A program made the translations under genes and the position numbers. The notes below the pieces were generated by a model. That model searched no databases. It was not told where the DNA came from and was given only the letters and a program-made list of their open reading frames with translations. A stretch of DNA of 64,000 nucleotides from Takakia lepidozioides (lineage: Eukaryota > Plantae > Bryophyta), in NCBI GenBank assembly GCA_030704615.1, contig CM060734.1:20398001-20462000 (forward strand). The letters are read 5' to 3'. Shown here piece after piece: positions 13,324-26,000 of this stretch (the stretch's first letter is position 1; each line of letters opens with the position of its first letter).

Positions 13324-14326
13324 AACAAATGAACATACGGACATATATTATAATGTGTCCTTGCAACCATACAACTTATTATAAGCGAAAAGCAAACAAC
13401 AACCTTCAATGTGTGCATGCATCAAATATGTCATTCAATAATTACATGTATGTGCGCAACGTCACGCATGCAAAGTTTCAAACCCAAACAAAATCATTTG
13501 CCCCCCCAAGGACGCGTTCACCCTATCAACCAATTTTTGTTTATTAATGTGAAAAAAAATCCTCTCATGCCATTGCACCTATCAAACGGATGTGGCTCAA
13601 GCTTCACTTTTTCCTACATGTGCTTGAATATGTGTGCAACACCTGTGCGAAGATCCAGCAGAATTTTTAATATTAAAAAAAAAAAAAAAAAAAAAACATT
13701 TGCCTCCCCAACGACGCACTCACCCTTGCACCAATTTTGAATTAAATCGAATTTAAATGAATTTAAAATAAATATTTGCATTTAGAAAATATATGATTGC
13801 GGTTTTGAGGGGCGTAATGATTTTATTTTTGGCTCTATTTTGTTCTGTGACATCGGGGTTTGCACCACTACATCCATGCAAAAAATTGGACCCAAAAAAA
13901 CACAAAAAAAAAAAGTTTCTAGGGTCATTTTTGCAGAACTCTCTACAAAGAGTGCATGAAGTTGAAGATAACTCAACTTTGGAGTGCAAATGAGAGAACA
14001 AAATATGGTTATGGGTCCAAATGACTTTTGTTTACTCCCAAAATCTGCACGCACATTGCATATGCTATCATTAAGCATATGGCTTAAAAATGGAATTAGA
14101 AAAAAATCATGTGCAGGCGAAATGCAATTTTCCGTCTCTACGACACGTAGCTGCGTTCAACACTAGAATGACCCATTGAATCAACTTGGTTCAAGCTCAT
14201 ATTTGGTCCACATGTGCATAAGTATGTTTAGATCACATATGCAAAGTTTCAACCCACACAAACAACAAGAAAAATATTTACATCAATCGATTAATCGGAT
14301 GTATACAAAGTACATCATGAGAATAT

Positions 14327-15430
14327 CTACAATGCCCCTCTACGCGATCCCTGTCTCAAAGGAACCCTATTTCTATCGTACACATCCCACTCACATTGTA
14401 ATCGGAGGTCCCAATCATCCCGGGAGAACTCGTATGATGCAAATAGATCGCTGCCAGCCCTAATAGTCCTACTAGCACATGTCATCACAAACATGTGCAT
14501 CCCCTCACAGTATACCGACGTATGACCACAAAAGCTCTCATGCCCATCGCTTCGCTCGTCCCATACTACATTGGTTCTCCTAGGATGACCAAAAGAACTG
14601 TTGACCAGCCCAGCAACATTGCCGAAGATATCGGGGTCACCATCACAAAATCTGATCTCAATGGGAGACAACCCCCGTCTACGTACATCCTGTCTGTTGA
14701 CACACAAAATGTAGGGTAGGATGTATGGGGCTTCGAGGCATAATGTACGGAACTCCCCGGAGGTGTAGTATGGACCGTAGTAGGGAAACAAGTCCGGTTT
14801 CTCCGAGGATGAACCACAATATCATTGACCGTGAATAAACCTCGACCCATAGCAGGGTCTATAACGGCTCTCACAACATACCGTCTCCCCCAGTACTCGA
14901 ACTCCACATTCTCTCGGATGGGGGTGGGAGGGTCGAGATGATTCCCCCAACAACGAGGCTGGACGGTCCTCAGTAACATAGTCCTATGCGCTTCCCATCG
15001 GGGGCGAGGATCCGGCTCAGGCCGCCCAAGCCGAAGGGGAGGATACCTAGGGCGAAGCCGACCCCTCCTAGGGGTTCGGGAGGCATATGCACGTGGAGGT
15101 GGAGGTGGTACCGCTGGTGGATCAGGAGATGAAAGTGGAGGTGGTTAAGGATGTAATGCCGGAGGTGCAGCCGGGGGTACAACGTCCGGATCATGTACTA
15201 CCGGAGGTGGATCAGGCAAAGAAACATACGGGGGGAGGGGCACAATCGGCCTGCAAGCTGCTATTGCATGTACGGTCCGGAGAATCATCAGATGAGGACA
15301 CTGGATCAGGGGGACCGCCTGAGGAAACTGGAAGGGAGGGTGGGCCTGATCGTCGCCGGCCATAACGCCTACGACATCTACGATACCCTTGACCCTACAC
15401 ATCTCATCTACGTGGTGCTGGGGGAACCAG
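14327..15430 (-). pseudogene. Pro-rich linker plus SET domain (lysine methyltransferase-like) carried by the CACTA element
   Basis: MGRGLFTVNDI ... FPYYGPYY ... DGDPDIFGNVAGLVNSS ... ASRTIRAGSDLFASY follows the SET motif order. One stop at 15145 and one frameshift near 14800. Confidence 0.8.
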
Positions 15431-15590
15431 CTGGGGCATTAAGTCGTGGCTGCAATATGCGTAGTGTACGACGCATCAATACTTATGTCGTAATTTGGAT
15501 TCATGTATGTTTACCAATCATATTATATTATTAGATAAACCAAATGTACTATAAATGAATGTTAAAGAGAGGGGTGGGAAAAACACTCAC

Positions 15591-15986
15591 CTTTGCCGCA
15601 TCCGCAATCTTGTTCTTCTTGTACTGTTTTTCGACAACATGCGGTCGCCGCCTCGGTGGTCTGGTGCCACCCGGCGGTATCCGTTCCCAACATTTAGTGC
15701 ACCAACACTCAATCCTGTCGGGGGGGTCAAAGGTGGACGTGGGTGGACGGGGTGGCCCGCGAGGGGGCAACCCGCGGCGCGCCCGACTCGATCCCGGAGT
15801 GTCAACATCCTCCGCATCACTTGAAATTTGGCCCCGGTCCCTTCTATGATTGTGCCCGGCAGCTTGTATTGGATCAGGTGCAATGGGTGGCTCATCGCCA
15901 CAAAAAACGGTCGCTCTAGGACCACAATCGATATGTGGTACTACCTCCCCATCCTTGAGGGAGACGGGTTGATGTTTCCTCACCAT
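15591..15986 (-). pseudogene. Probable first coding exon of the CACTA unit with a CxCxxC motif
   Basis: ATG at 15986, IECWCTKC resembles the transposase-associated Zn motif, ends at an AAG|GTGAGT donor. Confidence 0.6.
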
Positions 15987-17108
15987 CGCATCCTAATTAA
16001 CACACACCACCAGCACTTTCATTTCTCAAAAACCGTTGGCAAAAAATCCCTATGCCTCAGCCTCGAGGCTTTCAAAATTGGTAAACAAAGGCGGAGCATC
16101 CCTATGGTGCTAGAGAGCCCAAGACAATAAATCCTTCCTCACGTTCTATCTTCAGGATGCCCAGATCATGGAAAAATGTACTGAGACCCAGCGCTTTGCG
16201 CTTATCAGATTGAACCACGTTTTGGGTATGTGAATCCTAATTACACCGTTTATCCTTTCAACCCCAAGACCCACAACCAAAACCGCCAATCCAAAACCCA
16301 GCACCATAAAGAAAAACAAACACCCTTACCCAGTACCATATGAAAAAACAAAATAAAAATAAAAACTAAGAACCCCAAAAGGCCCTAAATCCTAAACCCA
16401 AAAAGGTCGGCCGTCGCCGCCTGCGACACCCTCGCGTCGCATTTTGCGACGAGTTTTTTCATTTTTTCACGCCGGGGGTCGCACACCACGACGGAAAGTC
16501 GTTGCGGGCGGCGACGTGTTTTTTTTATTTGTCGTCGCAAATACCATTTTCACATTTCAAAAAAAGGGCGGGGCGCAGGTGTGCGACGGCCGGGCGTCAC
16601 ACGTAGGCGCTGCGTTTTTTTTTTTTCCTAAGTGCTTGAAGCACCTCCTTCCCCTCCCGATTTCGGTTGTTCTTTGGGAGAGAGGGAGTTCCGAGAGTGG
16701 GGTTTAGGGTGGAGGAGAAACGCACGTGCTGCTGAGCCTGAGGTGGTCGCAAGGCCCCAAGGAGTTTGCCCCAACGCCGCTCCAACGCCTAAGGTAAGCA
16801 CCGCCTCCTCCCTCACTTTCTCTCTTGCTTTCTTGCCCTAAGCACGGGCTGATCTCTCTCTCCCCTGTGTGGTAGGAACGCCGCGCAGAGGCGCGATCTA
16901 AACGAGCTGAAGAGAGAGAAAGCCGTGGTGAGCGGCGGGGACCCGCGCCGTTGGCAGCCGCGACAGCACCGCAGCAGCTCGCTTGAAGCACCAGCAACAA
17001 CAGCAGCAGAGGTAGGTCAGTGTGGGGAGATGGTCTATAATCTGTCTTGTCATGTGGGATGAAGGGAAAGACGTCGAGAGTTGTCCATAACTTGTGTGTC
17101 ACATCAAA

Positions 17109-17154
<46 letters not shown>

Positions 17155-17212
17155 GAAGAGATGACGAAACAAAACAAAAAACAAAAAAGGTTGGGGGGGG
17201 AGTTACTGAGCA

Positions 17213-17820
17213 GAAGGGGCTGGGCTTTTGGCTCAGCCTCGAGACTTTTAAAGTTGGTAAACAGAGGTACATGCACAATTCCCTTGATAGATTTGAAGAG
17301 AGCATCTCTTTGGTGAGAGAACCCTGGACATCAGAAAATGAATACTGTCTTCAGATTGCCCACACAACGGGCAATTACACTCTCCCTTTCCTCTCTGCTT
17401 CTGTTTACTGTTCAAAGGTAGTTTTCTTGCCCTGAGTTTAAATTTCAGTCTGGTGCCAAGAGTGGGATAGACCCTTCAGCGCATCCATGATGTCCTCCCC
17501 CATGTCACAGACTGGAAACAGGTTCAGGGAAGTTTTCTTCCTAACTTCATTTTCATCGGACAATTTTCTGGTAACAGACATGGCTTTGGACACTACACTC
17601 TCTAAGTCAGGTTTATCCAGCAAGGTCAAGACTTGCGGGTCCAGATTCAGATCCTTGAGAATCTCTTCTACTCTCTTCTCCCAGGGCTTACCTAGTTTGA
17701 CAGGGCGGTCCTGTTTCCAAGATATAGAGTCGATCAACTTAGGATATCTGGTGTTGGACATATGTTGGAGCTGAACCCACCATCTGACCTTGAATTTATC
17801 TTGTCTGGAGCTTAAAAGAG
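17213..17820 (-). pseudogene. LINE ORF2 C-terminal fragment (RTE/RTEX/L2-like), copy 1
   Basis: Homologous to 18165-18782; ..RYPK..W..RV..IL.. post-RT region. Confidence 0.65.
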
Positions 17821-18004
17821 AGTAGCACACAAGAGAGGGAGAGAGGGACAGAGAGGGACAGAGAGAGGGAGTGAGAGGGAGACATCAGGGGGCAACAAAG
17901 AAAAGAAAAGAAGGTGGGGGGGGGGAGTGACTGAGCAGCTGCTGCTGCTCAGTCACTCTCCCCCCCCCTACATTCTCTTTTTTTCTTTGTTGCCCCCTCT
18001 CTTG

Positions 18005-18782
18005 GGGAAACAAAAGGGACAGATCCTACCTCTGTCAGGGGCTGACGTTGGTAGTAAGACTTACCTTCACATATAGAATTAATCCGGGTTTTCTAGATAT
18101 CCTCTACAAATCCCTTCACATAAGCATCAATCTGATGTGTGTGAGTTGCCCAAAAACTAGGCCTCAGAAGGGGCTGGGCTTTTGGTTCAGCCTCGACTTT
18201 TTCAAAGTTAGTAAACAGAGGTACATGCACAATTCCCTTGATAGATTTGAGGAGAGCGTCTCTTTGATGAGAGAACCCCGGACAGTGTATCAGAAAATGA
18301 ATAATGTCTTCAGGTTGCCCACACAACAGGCAATTGCACTCTCCCGATCCTCTCTGCTTCTGTTTGCTTATCAAAGGAAGGCTTCCTGCCCCGAGTTTAA
18401 ATTTCAGTCTAGTGCCGAGAGTGGGTAGACCCTTGAGGTCATCCAAGATGTCCTCCCCCATGTCATAGACTGGAAACAAGTTCAGGGAAGTTTTTTGCTT
18501 AACTTCATTTTCATCAGACAATCTCATGGCAACAGACATGGTTGGACATTATAGCCTCTAAGTCAAATTTATCCAGCAGGGTGAAGACTTGCGGTTCCAG
18601 GTCCAGGTCCTTGAGAATCTCTTCTACTGTCTTCTGCCAGGACTTAGCCTGTTAGACAGGGCGGTGGGCGGTCCTGTTTCCAAGATATAGAGTCGATTAA
18701 CTTAGGATATCTGATGTTGGACATATGTTGCAGCTGACCCCACCATCTGACCTTAAACTCATCTCGTCGGGAGCTTAAAAGA
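18005..18782 (-). pseudogene. LINE ORF2 C-terminal fragment with Zn finger, copy 2
   Basis: FKLGAGSLPL..CLLCGQPEDIIHFLIHCP is a typical non-LTR C-terminal CCHC. Confidence 0.75.
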
Positions 18783-19384
18783 GAGGAAGTGAGAGGGAGA
18801 GATCAGGAAACAAAAAAATAATAAAAATAAAAATGGGGGGGCGGAGTGACTGAGCAGCTGTTGTTCAGCAGCTGCAGCTACTCAATCACTCCCCCCCCAC
18901 CTTTTTTTTTTCTTTGTTGCCCCCTCTCTCCCTCTGTCTCCCTCTCTTTGTCCCTCTTTGTCCCTCCCTCTCCCTCTGTAAACTGGGTTCATGGAATTGT
19001 TATCCCAACTTCCATTTGTTTCATTTTTGGGTTGCATGGAAAACTGGATGATTTTCATCCTAAGTTCATCCACTTAACCTGGCGTGGATCTGGTTTTTTC
19101 ATTTCTACCTATGATTTTTCATCCCAGTATACCTTATTTTATCCAGCCTATACCAAGGCTGTGATGGTTCTTGAACTTGGTGTGACTTCCCGATTTTTTT
19201 CATCCTGGCGCGATGGGAAATAGTATCTGTCTACTGGGTTTAAGGTTGAGGCGGATGAATCCCATCCTGGCAGAGGATGAGTGCCGCGGACTGACAGGAC
19301 GGGTTGATTTCCCGATTTTTTTCATCCTACCGAGATGGAAAATGGTGTCTATCTGTTTGGTTTAAGGTTACGCTGGATGAATGT

Positions 19385-22229
19385 CATCCGAGCAGTGGAT
19401 GACTGCCGCGGACTGACAGGGTAAGGTCCCTGTGCAACCCTAGTTTTGCCTCTTGCGTTGATGGAATGCGCGATGGCGGCATGGAGGAGGCCGAGGTGCT
19501 CGTGCTGCAGTTACGTTGGGTTGCCACTCCTTGGATTGTTTAAGGCTTTCTTGAATGCTACCTCTATGTGTGCATTAAGGGGACGATGATTCTTTTGAAG
19601 TAAGGGAAGTCACTCTTCCTCTTTTGTCTGATTTTTTGCTGCACAAGGGAATAGAGGCAGTGATGGCTGAGATACTGCCTGCCTGGTTGTGGAATTTCCC
19701 TAAGAGCCCTCCCTCTGGATCATTGATGAATGGTGGCGCTCCTATGTAATCCAAGGAAGTTTCTTTTCCCTTTATAAGCCCTACCCTATGTAATACAACT
19801 TTCTTTCTTGCTCAATATTTGCAAGGCTCTGCTGTTGTTAAGGTATAGTGGCTGTGGTGATGGTGGAGACCTCCCCACGCAGCTGGGTTGTGGAGCGATG
19901 GCTACCATCCCCCAAACAGTTAAAAAGGTTTTTTTTTTCTATTTGTGATGTTTCTTGTAATTTGTGGTGTTCTCTGTGCTTTGCATGATGTGTATTTGAC
20001 CTCGATAGCAAGTGTGGAAGCCTGCCATTCACCTCGTGCATCCTCACTAACACACAAAATTTTGTTTTGTGGTGGTTTTTGGGACGGGCACAGGTGAGGG
20101 CTTCCACTTAATATGCTGATTGCTAAAGGCTGCAGAATACCAAGGAGATTGCAGAGGAGGGAAGGTGGCAGCAGCTGTGGATTCATCATGGAATCTGGAA
20201 AACTATGTACTCTATGAGTTTTCCATGATCCAATCTCTTTGCTTTGCTTTTGAAGGACAATAGAAGTGAAATATGTGGAGGGTAAATCCTTCCAGACCTG
20301 TGGAGGGCCCTTGTTTTGCTTTGCTGGCTGAGGTTATGATGATTTGTGTGGGACTTACACATCTGTTTTCAAGCCCTTAGTGTGCATTGCGTCCAGCCTG
20401 TTAGGTTAAACATACAAGGGTTGCTTTGGCTCTTGGCTGCAACCTATTGGCTACCAATGATGAAAAAAAATTACCTTGCATGCCCTAGCCAAATGAGGTC
20501 TTGCATAAGCTGAGAGCTTAGGCCATGGTTTGGTGGAGAAAAACGTCTATGGCCACTTGGATGCCAATGCAAAATAACACTGGCATAACTGGTTTTTGAT
20601 CTTTTGAAATAGCCAGGGAGTATAAAAGGGATCTCTCCCATGGTATGGTGTAAAAACGATGGTAAGTGTGGTGAAAATGTGGTGTCTTGCTAGGTCATGA
20701 ACTATGATCTGCTGCTGCAGCAGTTGTATAGGATTTGGGCAATGTGGGCACAGGGCTGGCTCCCTATTTTGGGGCAATGTAAGTGCAGCCCACCAGTTAT
20801 GTCCATTCCCTGCTTTGTTGTTTTGCTGTGGTAAGGGCTTTGGGGCAATCTGGAAATGATTAACAGATTTGTCCCTACCCCCCTTGTTATCCTTGTTGTG
20901 GTGATGTATATATTGCTTGGCTGAATCATAAAAAGTGATTTACATCCCGCAACAATGATTAAGGATGTTGGGGCAGCACTTTACCAGTGTTACTTCCTCC
21001 CCTTATGAGGACTGTCAGAGTTATTCTTTGCCAAACCATGGCCTTCTACTACAGTTTATAGGCATTGTTGACTTGGGATGATAAGGCATCAGTACCTGAT
21101 CCCTTTGTCCAGGCTGTATTATATACCAGTTTAAATGAATACTGGCATGAAGGGTTATATAAATTTGAGGTACCCCAAACATGAACTCTAACCAGCATGA
21201 TACCCATGGGGTTTTATTAAGTTCAATGGGATTCCAGCCTATGGACACCAGCCTTGAAGGTATTAGGGCAAACTGGAATGATTATGCCAGTGATGTTTCT
21301 TTTCCTTCTGAGGGCTGTCAACGTGGTTTTGATTCAGGAGCCATCCGGGCAGTGGATGACTATCGCGGACTGACAGGGTAAGGTCCCTGTGCAACCCTAG
21401 TTTTGCCTCTTGCGTTGATGGAATGCGCGATGGCGGCATGGAGGAGGCCGAGGTGCTCGTGCTGCAGTTACATTGGGTTGCCACTCCTTGGATTGTTTAA
21501 GGCTTTCTTGAATGCTACCTCTATGTGAGCATTAAGGGGACGGCGATTCTTTTGAGGTAAGGGAAGACACCCTTCCTCTTTTGTTTGATTTTTTGCTGCA
21601 CAAGGGAACAAATGCAGTGATGGCTGAGATACTGCCTGCCTGGTTGTGGAATTTCCCTAAGAGCCCTCCCTCTGGATCATTGATGAATGGCGGCGCTCCT
21701 ATGTAATCCAAGGAAGTTTCTTTTCCCTTTATAAATCCTACCCCATGTAACACAACTTTCTTTCTTGCTCACTATTTGCAAGGCTCTGCTGTTGTTAAGG
21801 TATAGTGGCTGTGGTGATGGTGGAGACCTCCCCGCGCAGCTGGGTTGTGGAGCGATGGCTACCATCCCCCAAACAGTTAAAAAGGTTCTTTTTTTCTATT
21901 TGTGATGTTTCTTGTAATTTGTGGTGTTCTCTGTGCTTTGCATGATGTGTATTTGACCTCGATAGCAAGTGTGGAAGCCTGCCATTCACCTCGTGCATCC
22001 TCACTAACACACAAAATTTTGTTTTGTGGTGGTTTTTGGGACGGGCACAGGTGAGGGCTTCCACTTAATACGCTGATTGCTAAGGGCTGCAGAATACCAT
22101 GGAGATTGCAGAGGAGGGAAGGTGGCAGCAGCTGTGGATTCATCATGGAATCTGGAAAACTATGTACTCTATGAGTTTTCCCTGATCCAATCTCTTTGCT
22201 TTGCTATCGAAATACAATAGAAGTGAAAT
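19385..22229 (+). repeat. Direct duplication 19385-20272 / 21342-22229
   Basis: Near-identical sequence at offset 1957; identical 89-aa shadow ORFs at 19838 and 21795. Confidence 0.95.
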
Positions 22230-23094
22230 CCTACAATTTAGGCGGTGTTGGCGCATACAACGCCAAATGATTCCCAAGCTACTGGCTGCCAAGTACTTGG
22301 GACAACAGCCCTTGAATCAGGTGATCACAATCCACTCTTTACGCTTAAAACCCTGGCTCTAATGGACTGGGTAAAGCTGTCCGTATCTGCAATGGAAAGT
22401 ACTTGATAAGGCTCAAAGAATGATTTGCCTTTATACTTGAAGAGAATGCCAAATAACTGAATTGTTGGGGTTCTGGAACTAACCCCAGCCCTACAATCAA
22501 CATTTGCAGCCATGGTTCACACCAAACTAGGCACATGACGGGGTGTCTCCCTTTGAACAGAACATATAAATGTGGTATAAATGCTGATAGCATGAGCTAG
22601 GCCCTGGTAAGACAGCTTGCTGGAATATGTGTATACACCTTATACATGATCCGGTCAATGTACATTATTTTGGCAGGCTGATCTCCTGTAGCCAATGCCG
22701 TACATCACATTTAAAATACCTTATATGTCTCATGCTCGAGGGCTTTCACCTCTCATGGATGGTATGGAATTTTCCCTTGAATGCAGATATGCTTGTGATG
22801 GTGGATCATAAAACCAGGGTAAGTAAACACCATGCACAAGGCGGGCACAAGGCTGATGGTTTCTTACACAAACTCGCTTCCTTGGGGTTTATGCTTAGTC
22901 TATACCCCAAAAACAAGCATGATACCCATGTGAAGTTACTATGAACACCTGAATTCCAGTCATGGAAATGACTTGTAATGGCTCTTTCCCTGTTTAGGGC
23001 TTTCAGCTTGGCTCTGTTTTTTAAGGCTTAGAAACCAGAATGACACCCTTGTGGTGATTTTTGGGAACACCTGAATTACAGCTCATTGTCACCA

Positions 23095-26000
23095 GAGCTG
23101 CTCAGTCACTCCCCCCCCATTTTTTTTTTTTCCCTTTGTTGCCCCCTCTCTCCCTCTGTCTCCCTCCCTCCTTGGAATTGGCCGGTTTTATTAGTGTTAA
23201 TTTCCTGTTTTTCCATCTATACCGGATGGATTATGACAGGGTGGACACTAAATTACCTCTAAGTTGAGTCTTTGATTTTTTCATTCTTCTTTTATTGACT
23301 TTCACCCATACCGGATGAGTCACCAGAGAATGAGGAATTACCTCTGTAGGGGTTGACACTGACATCCTATATATAAATTTTTCCATCCATACCGGATGAA
23401 AAATACTAGGATATTAATTCGTTTATTCCTCTTTTATGGTTTTTTTCCGTACTGGATGAGACATCTTTTTGGGGATGTTGAATTACCTGCTAGGATGTGA
23501 AACCGTTGCCTTGGATGTTATGTACTGTTTTTCCATCTTATTGACGAACCTTCTCCAACTGGATGAACTTATTGACTTTTTCATCTAAACCGGATGAAAT
23601 ATGCAGCCTATGATGGCCTTGGACTGTTGATTAATTACCCTTAATTATGGCTAATTAAGGAATGAAACCCTAACCCCTACCCTATAACCTACTTTTTAAA
23701 CCTAGCTAACGGATGACATCCGTTGGGTTTTGAAAAAAGTGGTGTTGATTACTCATCCTGCATGGATGAAAAATCGGGCATGGCCCTAGGGTGTCTCTCC
23801 CGCCGTCAGCAGCACTCCTCGTGCTTCTAAGCTCGCGGGATAAGAGTTATGGCATCTGCGTTTTGCTGCTACCCTGTCTGCTGCTTCGTGCCCATGCTGG
23901 ACGAGCTCCTGAGGATGCGCAATGGCGGCATTTTGTCTCTTCTCACTAGCGGGAGACAATGCTGTGAATGCATCGTCTCTTTCCCTCCTCTGGCTTTTAA
24001 TTCTTGCAGTGGCGCTTGTGTGGGGAAGTATCTCTCTCACCCTTCTTAAACCTAGCAAGTGTGCTTGTATGCTTCACTTCTCCTTTGCTTTGCTGGAGGT
24101 GACTTGCTGGTGGTGATGGCGCATAGTTCTCTTCCCCAATCGCTCAAGGTGCTTTTGGTGATTAGGGTTCCTTTTGTTTTATGTCTTTCTCTCTTGCTTT
24201 TGAGGTTCTTAGTTGACATCGATGACAAGTGTAGGGGTCTGTGATTCACCTGGGGTTCCACAATCCTCACTAACCTGTTGGTTTTTGTGGGGGCTTGTGA
24301 TGGGACCAGGTGAGGATCCCTACTTGCTTTGAATTCTCTTGAGCTTGCAGATAAGGATGTGGGCAAAGGGAACCTAGTGTGTATGGTGTCTTTACTTGGC
24401 TGCTACCTGCAGCCCCGATTTCGGCCCGCTTGCTCCTGGTTTGGCATGCTGATGCTTGCTTTTGACTTATGTTTTGCTGCCTTTGATGGAGCACTTCGGC
24501 CTGACAGGCTTGTCTCTTGAAGCCCAACATCTGGACCTTACCTTGTCTTGAATCTTTGACAACATTGCCTGTGGATTATTAAGCTAGGTAATGTTTTGGC
24601 CTTAAAGAGGAGTTATGGTTTATGGGTAAGGCATCAATGGCTGTTAGGTTCTAAGGAAGAGGAGGCCCTATTTTAAAAGATGGCAGCCTGATAAGACAAT
24701 GACAGGCCTCTCTCAGGCCTGGATTTGGTGTGGAATGGAGATAGTGAGGTTTTATTTGCAAAACCTGGCATAAACCTCCTGGAAAACAGTGTTGGTAAGC
24801 TCTACTGGACCTTTGCCAGAGATTATTTGCCTTATTTTGCCATCAGACCAGGCACCTGCAATGTATGATTTATTTTTTGGCCAAGTGGGCTTGGTCTCGG
24901 GCACTCAAAGTGTTTGTGTGTCCATATCTTGAATTTGTAATATGGCAGGCCTTTCTTCCATGCCAAAATGCCTTACATAATGCATATCTTGGGGCAATTA
25001 CACATGGTGTAGAATGAAGTTGTAGTCTGTCTTGTCATGCCCAAGAGGGTCACTTGGTTGCATGTTTGGAATCTAATAAACTGCAGGCTGGTCCATCAAG
25101 ATGCTTGTGTATACATATCTTGAATCTGTAGTATGGCAGGCTGTTCTTACCTACCCAAGGGGCCTTGCATGATGCATGTCATGGGGTATTTACAAATGAC
25201 AAAGAGTGAAGCTGCAATATGTTTTGTCATGCCCAAGAAGTTTACTTGGTTGCATGCTTGAAATCTGATTAATTACAGGCTGGTCCTTCAAGGTACTTAT
25301 ATGAACATATCCTGAATCTGTAGTAGGACAGGCTGTTCTTACCTAGCCAAGGAGCCTTGCATGATGCATGTCTTGGGTTACTCACAGGTATTTGAACATG
25401 AATAAACCTCGCCCTCCCACCCTGTTTTATCATGAATGATTGGGTGAAATCAATTGGGAAGTCATGACTAGAATGGAAGTGTTAGATGGTGCCCTGTTTA
25501 TGGGTTGTTTATGTCTTTAATTGACAATGACCCTAGTAGGGTCTTGTCCATGTCTTGACATGACATAAATATCTTCCCACTCTCTTCCTCTCTCTTTTTA
25601 ACTTTTTCTACCCCCTCTCTCCCTCTGTGGTTTTTTTTTTGTGAGCAGCACAAAAGGAGGAGAGAGAGAGACAGATCAGGAAAAAAAAAAAAAAAAAAAG
25701 GTGGGAGGGGGGGAGTGACTGAGCAGCTGCAGCTGCTTAGTCCCCCCCCCCAACCCATTTTTTTTCTTTGTTGCCCCCTCTCTCCCTTTGTCTCCCTCTC
25801 TACTGGGAATTGGCAGTTTGCTATCAGTGTTGACTTCTTGTTTTCTCATCCTCTATCAGGGGTTTTCATCCATATCGGATGAGCCACCAGGATGGACACT
25901 GAATTACCTCTAGGATGGTTCTTTTGGCATTCCTCCTTTATTGACTCTCATCCATACCGGATGAGTCACCATGGAAGAAAAGAATTACCTCTATGGAGGT

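Larger units (their letters stand above)
9283..16634 (-). mobile_element. CACTA (En/Spm) transposon, 5' part, interrupted by the gypsy element
   Basis: Tnp2/DUF4218/DUF4216-type exons, GCGAC subterminal repeats at 16408-16600, CACTA-like terminus CACTTAGGAAAA on the - strand at 16634. Confidence 0.85.
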
